Source: a virus (Duplodnaviria; Caudoviricetes). From it: a stretch of 64,000 nt of DNA. The position numbers and the translations under genes were made by a program. Positions 59,081 through 64,000 of this stretch are shown piece after piece. The stretch spans positions 15,274-79,273 of IMG/VR virus record IMGVR_UViG_3300011338_000371; one strand, written 5' to 3'. Positions within the stretch are counted from its first letter, which is position 1; every line of letters begins with the position of its first letter. The notes under the pieces were generated by a model. The model had not been told where the DNA came from. It saw only the letters and a list, made by a program, of their open reading frames with translations, and made no database searches.

Positions 59081-59818
59081 ATGGCAGTAGTATACGCACA
59101 TATGAAAAAAGATAGTAGAGAAATCTACTACATTGGCATCGGAAACAATGTTAAAAGAGCGTATCATACTGGTTCTAGAAGTGAATTATGGAAAAGACAC
59201 TATAGAAAATATGGTTTAATTGTGGACATACTTTGTAGCGATATAGATATTTCGACAGCCAAGGAAGTAGAAAAATTTCTTATTGCACAATACGGAAAAA
59301 AACAATTATGTAATAGAACTGATGGTGGTGAAGGATTCTTTGGGGGTAAACATACGGAAGAAACAAAACAAAAGATTAGTGAAATGAAAAGAGGTAGGAA
59401 ACCAAATAAGGAAACACTAATTAAAATGTCAATAGCATCTAAAGGACACAAAAGAAGGCCAGCGGGTTCGTGGACACAAAGCGAAGATGCAAAGCGTAAA
59501 ATAGGAGATGCTTTTAAAGGAAAGAAGAGAAGTGAATACTTTTGTCAAAGAGCAAAGGAAGGAAAAATTGGATACAAGCCAGCAAAATCCACATTGGATG
59601 CATCAGCTAAAGTAAGAAAAGAGAAAGCCTGCCTAATACAGGAAATAACTACAGGGTTTATAGGTAAGCCTTGGGAAGTTTGTGATAAATTCAACATAAA
59701 CAGAAGCGAGCTATACAAAAAATGTAAAACTAATAAGCCGTATATATCTGGAAGAAACAAGGGGTTATGCTTTAAGAAAATAAACCAAACTAGATTAACT
59801 TTAACAAAATTAAACTAA
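59081..59818 (+). CDS. GIY-YIG homing endonuclease with NUMOD3-like repeats
   Basis: VVYAH...IYYIGIG...R, later E and CNRTDGGEG; KHTEETKQKISEMKRG-type repeats. Confidence 0.85.
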   Translation: MAVVYAHMKKDSREIYYIGIGNNVKRAYHTGSRSELWKRHYRKYGLIVDILCSDIDISTAKEVEKFLIAQYGKKQLCNRTDGGEGFFGGKHTEETKQKISEMKRGRKPNKETLIKMSIASKGHKRRPAGSWTQSEDAKRKIGDAFKGKKRSEYFCQRAKEGKIGYKPAKSTLDASAKVRKEKACLIQEITTGFIGKPWEVCDKFNINRSELYKKCKTNKPYISGRNKGLCFKKINQTRLTLTKLN

Positions 59819-59846
59819 CTTAAAATAAATTTAAATATATTTGAAT

Positions 59847-60239
59847 ATGGAGTACTTAAAATATGAATTCGCAGACCAAGCAGCTTGGTCAGAAAAGAAA
59901 ACAACTATCTGGGCAGAAGAGTCTGGATACAACAACTGTCACGTAGTAGAGTTAGGAGATATTGTTTTAACTCCTGCTACTTACGATGAGGAAGGTAACG
60001 TATTGACTCCTGCTGTTACTGCAGGTAAGTTTGGTGTAGACATCGTATGGAACGAGAGTGAAGATTCTGCTTTTACTAGTTTCCAAGTATGGCCTGCTCC
60101 GTGTGGTGTACATACCTTTGCAGGTTTAGAGTCTTTGTATGAAGCAGCTTACTATGCAAAATTTCCTGATCGTAAGCCAGTAATTGAAACTATTGAAACT
60201 GTTGATGCTCCAGTTGAACCTAATCCAACTGCAGAATAA
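59847..60239 (+). CDS. Hypothetical protein, possibly fibre-associated, probable start at ATG 59847
   Basis: Acidic 130 aa protein after the fibre genes; ORF track starts at TTG 59841. Confidence 0.6.
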   Translation: MEYLKYEFADQAAWSEKKTTIWAEESGYNNCHVVELGDIVLTPATYDEEGNVLTPAVTAGKFGVDIVWNESEDSAFTSFQVWPAPCGVHTFAGLESLYEAAYYAKFPDRKPVIETIETVDAPVEPNPTAE

Positions 60240-60294
60240 CATTAAAGATTAATTTAAGTCAGGCAATTGGGTCACAATTAATGTCTTAGAACCA

Positions 60295-60324
60295 TTGACT
60301 AATTTTTTTATAAAACTATCTTTG
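60295..60324 (+). promoter_or_regulatory. Bacteroidota-type promoter for the lysis genes
   Basis: TTG 60295-60297, 19-nt spacer, TATCTTTG 60317-60324. Confidence 0.75.
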
Positions 60325-60372
60325 TACAAATAAGACTGGGCTTGGTTGCCTGACTATATTAACTAATCTAAA

Positions 60373-60789
60373 ATGAAAACTTCCTTCTTCCTATATTCTA
60401 CTACTACTGTGTTGGCATTTTTGGGGACTTACTTTTTTAACTTAGGGGCTGACAACGTAGAACAGTATTTAGCCTTGGTTGCTGTCGTTTTTATTGATGG
60501 ATTCTTTGGAGTATGGGCAGGTACTAAAAAGGAAGGTTTCCAAACTAGGAAAGCTCTTAAGGTTCTTAAGACACTTTTCTCTTGGGTATTAATACTTACG
60601 GGTGTTTTAATGATTGAGAAGGGTTTTGATGGCACATTCTGGCTAAGCGAAACTTTCTGTGCTCCTTTTATTGTGTTTCAAATAATAAGTGCCCTTAAGA
60701 ACGCTCACACAGTGGGGGTAATAAACAATAGTGTATTGTCAGAGATTCTAGAAAGAATAGATCAGCATAAGTTTGACCACAATAAATGA
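60373..60789 (+). CDS. Holin (Phage_holin_4_1 / TcdE-like)
   Basis: 138 aa with 3-4 hydrophobic segments; VFIDGFFGVWAG and FQIISALKN motifs. Confidence 0.8.
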   Translation: MKTSFFLYSTTTVLAFLGTYFFNLGADNVEQYLALVAVVFIDGFFGVWAGTKKEGFQTRKALKVLKTLFSWVLILTGVLMIEKGFDGTFWLSETFCAPFIVFQIISALKNAHTVGVINNSVLSEILERIDQHKFDHNK

Positions 60790-61103
60790 AAGATTTCTCT
60801 GTTAAACTTAACTTCATCCTTGTACTTGTAATCGCTTACTTACTGTATAAGTATGAGTACGTACAAGAACAAGATACCAATCAAGTAATTGCTTTTATAG
60901 ATTCTATAGATAAAGCAAACGACACTTACTTTGAGAAGATAGACTCTTTAGAACATATTAAACACGAAGAGTTTTACAACTACGAAAAAATCACCCTTAA
61001 ATATGACACAATTCAGATTGCTATTGATACTATGCCTGACATTGATGGCACAAAATACCTACTCACAGTTTCTAGACAGCTTACCGCTAAAGGAATTGAA
61101 TGA
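60786..61103 (+). CDS. Spanin-like inner membrane protein
   Basis: N-terminal TM (LNFILVLVIAYLLY) plus coiled coil; ATGA-coupled to the holin. Confidence 0.45.
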   Translation: MKDFSVKLNFILVLVIAYLLYKYEYVQEQDTNQVIAFIDSIDKANDTYFEKIDSLEHIKHEEFYNYEKITLKYDTIQIAIDTMPDIDGTKYLLTVSRQLTAKGIE

Positions 61104-61362
61104 TGAGTTCCTTAAAGGAATTCAAGCACGTGAGAGAGTAGTAAGTCTTAAAAAAATAATTAAGACAGACAGCATCCAATTAATTTACTATAAGGATTCA
61201 TTGATTCCTAACTACCAAAAAGCATTAGATACAGCTAAAATAGAGATAGTTCGCCTAGATACTAAGGTAAGATCTCAAGCAGAAACTATAAAAACATTGA
61301 AGAATGTTTTGAAAGGTGGATTAATTGCTATAGCTTTGTTAACCATAGGGTTAATATTCTAA
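61003..61362 (+). CDS. Spanin-like protein with signal peptide and C-terminal TM
   Basis: Signal-like N-terminus, coiled coil, C-terminal GGLIAIALLTIGLIF; overlaps the previous gene by 101 nt. Confidence 0.45.
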   Translation: MTQFRLLLILCLTLMAQNTYSQFLDSLPLKELNDEFLKGIQARERVVSLKKIIKTDSIQLIYYKDSLIPNYQKALDTAKIEIVRLDTKVRSQAETIKTLKNVLKGGLIAIALLTIGLIF

Positions 61363-61383
61363 TATATTTTAACCACCAAACCT

Positions 61384-62706
61384 ATGATGCCAATCTCTAA
61401 ACAGATTATCCGTCACTACATGGATAATCCAAACACAACCGAGACAGCTGTTGAAGTTGCTATCCGATTTAACTTTCATCCTGAACTTAGTAACGAGTTA
61501 AGAGGTAAGAGAGTTCGTGATTTAAAAAGAACAGCAGTAGCCAAACTAGTACGAGAAGACGCTTACCCAGATATTTCTCAATCTTCTTCCGATACTATAG
61601 GAACTTATAACGAGAATCTAGAAAAAGGTACCCTAGAAGTATCTAAGATAGTTTCTGAACAACCTAGATCTCCTGAAGAAATAATAAAAATCCACAAAGT
61701 AGACACTACTAAGTGGAAACTAGTTCAATACTGGAGTAAGGAAAAGAGTTCAGGCTGGTTAGTATCAGCTTTGTTTGCTCACGTCAAACCTGAAGATACT
61801 TTTAATGACGACATAGAAAGCATTCTAAGAGAAGTTTTCCTAGAATCTGGTATCGACATATACCCAACACCTAAAAAGTCTCCTGTAAGCGTTAAAAGAG
61901 GCTTATTTGTGTATATGAGTGACAAACACGTAGGTGCGCTTACACATCCTACTGCTCTTTACGGAAACGAGTATAACGAAAATGTCTTCGAAGAGAGAAT
62001 GAACAAGACATTAGAGGAGATAGAAAGACAAGTTAAAACCTACGGAAGACTAGAAGACTTATTTATTTGTGACTTAGGTGATTCTTTAGATGGTTGGAAC
62101 GGCTATACTACTAGAGGAGGCCATCAGTTACCTCAAAACATGGACAATAAGGAAGCTTTTATGACTTACCTTTATGCTCATAAGAGGTTTTTTGATACTT
62201 TAGTAGAAAGGAATTTAGCTAATAACATTCATGCAGTAATGCAGACAAATGATAACCACGCTGGCGATTATGGATACGTAACCAATCAAGCGCTTAATCT
62301 TTATCTTAACACAGCTTATCCATTCATTAAAGTAACAATAATGGAGAAGTTCTTAGAACATTTTGACTATGGTAAACATACATTTATTTTTACTCACGGA
62401 AAAGACGCTGAGGATCTTAAACATGGTCTTCCCCTTTTCTTAAACGAGAAAGCAGAAAATTTCCTTAACAAGTACATAGACCACCACAAGTTAGGAGAGA
62501 ATAAAAATATCTCAGTGGTAAAAGGAGACCTACATACTGAGAGTATGCAACAAGCCTATAAGTTTAGATACAGAAATGTTTTGTCAATGTATGGCTCTTC
62601 TAAGTGGATTATGAACAACTTTGGTCCAGGATATCCAGGAGTTTCTTTTGATTTAGTAGAAAAAGATACGGATTTAATTTATTCGTTTTATATTCGCTTT
62701 AAGTAA
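61384..62706 (+). CDS. Calcineurin-like metallophosphoesterase
   Basis: SDKHVG, DLGDSLDG, NDNHAG, FTHG and GDLH motifs. Confidence 0.8.
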   Translation: MMPISKQIIRHYMDNPNTTETAVEVAIRFNFHPELSNELRGKRVRDLKRTAVAKLVREDAYPDISQSSSDTIGTYNENLEKGTLEVSKIVSEQPRSPEEIIKIHKVDTTKWKLVQYWSKEKSSGWLVSALFAHVKPEDTFNDDIESILREVFLESGIDIYPTPKKSPVSVKRGLFVYMSDKHVGALTHPTALYGNEYNENVFEERMNKTLEEIERQVKTYGRLEDLFICDLGDSLDGWNGYTTRGGHQLPQNMDNKEAFMTYLYAHKRFFDTLVERNLANNIHAVMQTNDNHAGDYGYVTNQALNLYLNTAYPFIKVTIMEKFLEHFDYGKHTFIFTHGKDAEDLKHGLPLFLNEKAENFLNKYIDHHKLGENKNISVVKGDLHTESMQQAYKFRYRNVLSMYGSSKWIMNNFGPGYPGVSFDLVEKDTDLIYSFYIRFK

Positions 62707-62724
62707 GATTAAATAAGAAAAGCA

Positions 62725-62955
62725 ATGATTACGTTAGCAGATATAGATAAATTAAAGAATAAGTTTTACTTAGACTCAGAGAAAGAGGGATATGCAACAA
62801 GAGCAAATACAATAGTCCTCACAGAAGCCCAGTACGATGCTTTGCTTAGAGAGATGGGAATAGACGAGTTAGACGACATATCTATAGAAAGCATAGAAGG
62901 ACTACAAGTAGTCTTTGCAGAAGGATTAGAAGAACCTCGCTTACTTAGACTTTAA
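62725..62955 (+). CDS. Small acidic hypothetical protein
   Basis: 76 aa; last + strand gene. Confidence 0.6.
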   Translation: MITLADIDKLKNKFYLDSEKEGYATRANTIVLTEAQYDALLREMGIDELDDISIESIEGLQVVFAEGLEEPRLLRL

Positions 62956-64000
62956 TTAAAGTACGTTTACAATAATACCATTCTGTATATCAAAAGTCAC
63001 AGGAGGTAGAGGGGTAGGTTGTTGAATAGTAACCATACCTGTATATCCTGCTACACTATTTAAAACTCCTGAATTAGAAACTACTGGTCCATCTGTAGTC
63101 AATGAGGCTACAGTCAAATTGCTTTGGATACGAGCAGTTCCTGTTACATCAAGTTTATATCCTGCATTAGTAGTACCCCCTATAGTCATATTACCTGCTG
63201 GAATAGAGGTAAATGTAGTAGAGGAGTTTCCTATTACTGTTGTGTTTGATCCGAGACCCAAAGCGGTGTCCCCAATAATAATTGAGTTTGAATCATTAAT
63301 TGTGGACAGTCTAGTGTTTCTACCTATTGCTATGTTTTGAAATGCCGTAGTGACTTGAGTTGACCCGTTTGTTAGATAACTACCAGCACCTTGACCAATG
63401 AATATGTTTTGATAACCGCTATTTAAAAATCTACCTGCCTGTGCTCCTACAATTGTATTTCCATAACCTATAGTAAGATTATATCCTGCTAAGTCTCCAA
63501 ATAAAGAATTATCACTTCCAGTTGTTACATTTCCACCTGCAACTCCTACAATAACATTAGATGTACCTGTTGTTATATTTTGTCCAGCATTTGCTCCTAT
63601 TAATACAGTTCTTACTGCTGTTGCGTTAGATGTAATAATTGCATTACCAGCACTTCTTCCTAAAGCAGTAAGGTTTTGGTCAATAATCATCCCTTGAGTT
63701 CCACTTACGGTAAAGTAACGTGCAGTAGTATTGACTTTATAATACTGTAAACCAACTCCTGTCAATGACGCATCAGCAATTGAGTCTGTGTAAGTAGTTG
63801 TTACGTTATTGCTTATAGTAGCAAGAAACCAGTGATTGTCTGCAGTTCCTCCCAATTTAGTTCTATACAGTTTTCTAGCAGTTACACGAGGATCACTAGA
63901 GACAGGAATGCCTGTTAAGTTTACAGTTGTGTTTCCTGTAGTTGTTACTACTGTTAAATTAGGTCCTGCACTTGTTTTTCCCAAAGCAGTTACATAAACT
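62956..64000 (-). CDS. Fibre-like protein with Gly-rich beta-roll repeats, 5'-truncated by the window edge
   Basis: Frame open to the edge (VYVTALGKTSAGP...); ARKLYRT...TTTYTDSIAD domain, then GxNAG/GxxAG...N repeats similar to 55418-57166. Confidence 0.7.
   Translation of the reverse strand, partial: VYVTALGKTSAGPNLTVVTTTGNTTVNLTGIPVSSDPRVTARKLYRTKLGGTADNHWFLATISNNVTTTYTDSIADASLTGVGLQYYKVNTTARYFTVSGTQGMIIDQNLTALGRSAGNAIITSNATAVRTVLIGANAGQNITTGTSNVIVGVAGGNVTTGSDNSLFGDLAGYNLTIGYGNTIVGAQAGRFLNSGYQNIFIGQGAGSYLTNGSTQVTTAFQNIAIGRNTRLSTINDSNSIIIGDTALGLGSNTTVIGNSSTTFTSIPAGNMTIGGTTNAGYKLDVTGTARIQSNLTVASLTTDGPVVSNSGVLNSVAGYTGMVTIQQPTPLPPVTFDIQNGIIVNVL

Noticed and set aside
3143-59760. Many minus-strand and out-of-frame ORFs of 60-184 aa in the track (e.g. 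10103-10657, 11078-11581, 7011-7481, 35014-35388)
   Set aside because: They lie inside long, motif-bearing + strand genes, show no recognisable motifs, and are expected shadows of strong codon bias.
59081-59818. GIY-YIG endonuclease as intron-encoded
   Set aside because: It abuts a complete upstream gene and only a short A/T-rich gap follows.
59836-59843. TATATTTG promoter-like box before the gene at 59847
   Set aside because: Only 3 nt from the ATG with no TTG at -33 spacing; likely chance in an A/T-rich leader.
51608-64000. Diversity-generating retroelement acting on the fibres
   Set aside because: No reverse transcriptase and no near-identical template/variable repeat pair differing at adenines in this window; cannot be excluded elsewhere in the genome.
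1-64000. Active TAG or TGA recoding
   Set aside because: Genes up to 4395 aa are open under the standard code, and the only internal stop seen is one TAA.
1-64000. tRNA, rRNA, CRISPR array, integrase or IS element
   Set aside because: Intergenic gaps are short and show no cloverleaf, repeat-spacer pattern or such ORFs by eye; tRNAscan was not run.

Overview
AT-rich, almost entirely + strand late (virion) gene block of a large crAss-like (Crassvirales-type) podophage, very likely infecting a Bacteroidota host (TAnnTTTG promoters, A-rich leaders without Shine-Dalgarno). Order: small genes, terminase large subunit, portal, acidic scaffold, major capsid protein, ring/auxiliary capsid/tail hub genes, IHF-like gene, muzzle (tail stabilisation) gene, Dps-like gene, HNH endonuclease, basic/cargo virion proteins, a 4395-aa virion RNA polymerase polyprotein (DYDID plus HExxH), a 2149-aa polyvalent cargo protein (ART-like plus HExxH), four fibre/spike genes, a GIY-YIG endonuclease, holin, spanin-like pair, metallophosphoesterase, and a truncated minus-strand fibre gene. 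Most notable: a single in-frame TAA splitting the muzzle gene; three paralogous fibre genes with swapped-looking cassettes bounded by identical 18-22 bp boxes; a recurrent [M/F/A]xxG[G/A/M] motif in cargo proteins next to two zincin domains; a PA14-like adhesin insertion in the muzzle; an RNA hairpin enclosing the holin promoter. All product names come from motif and synteny recognition; no searches were run. No tRNA, rRNA, CRISPR array, integrase or reverse transcriptase was seen.
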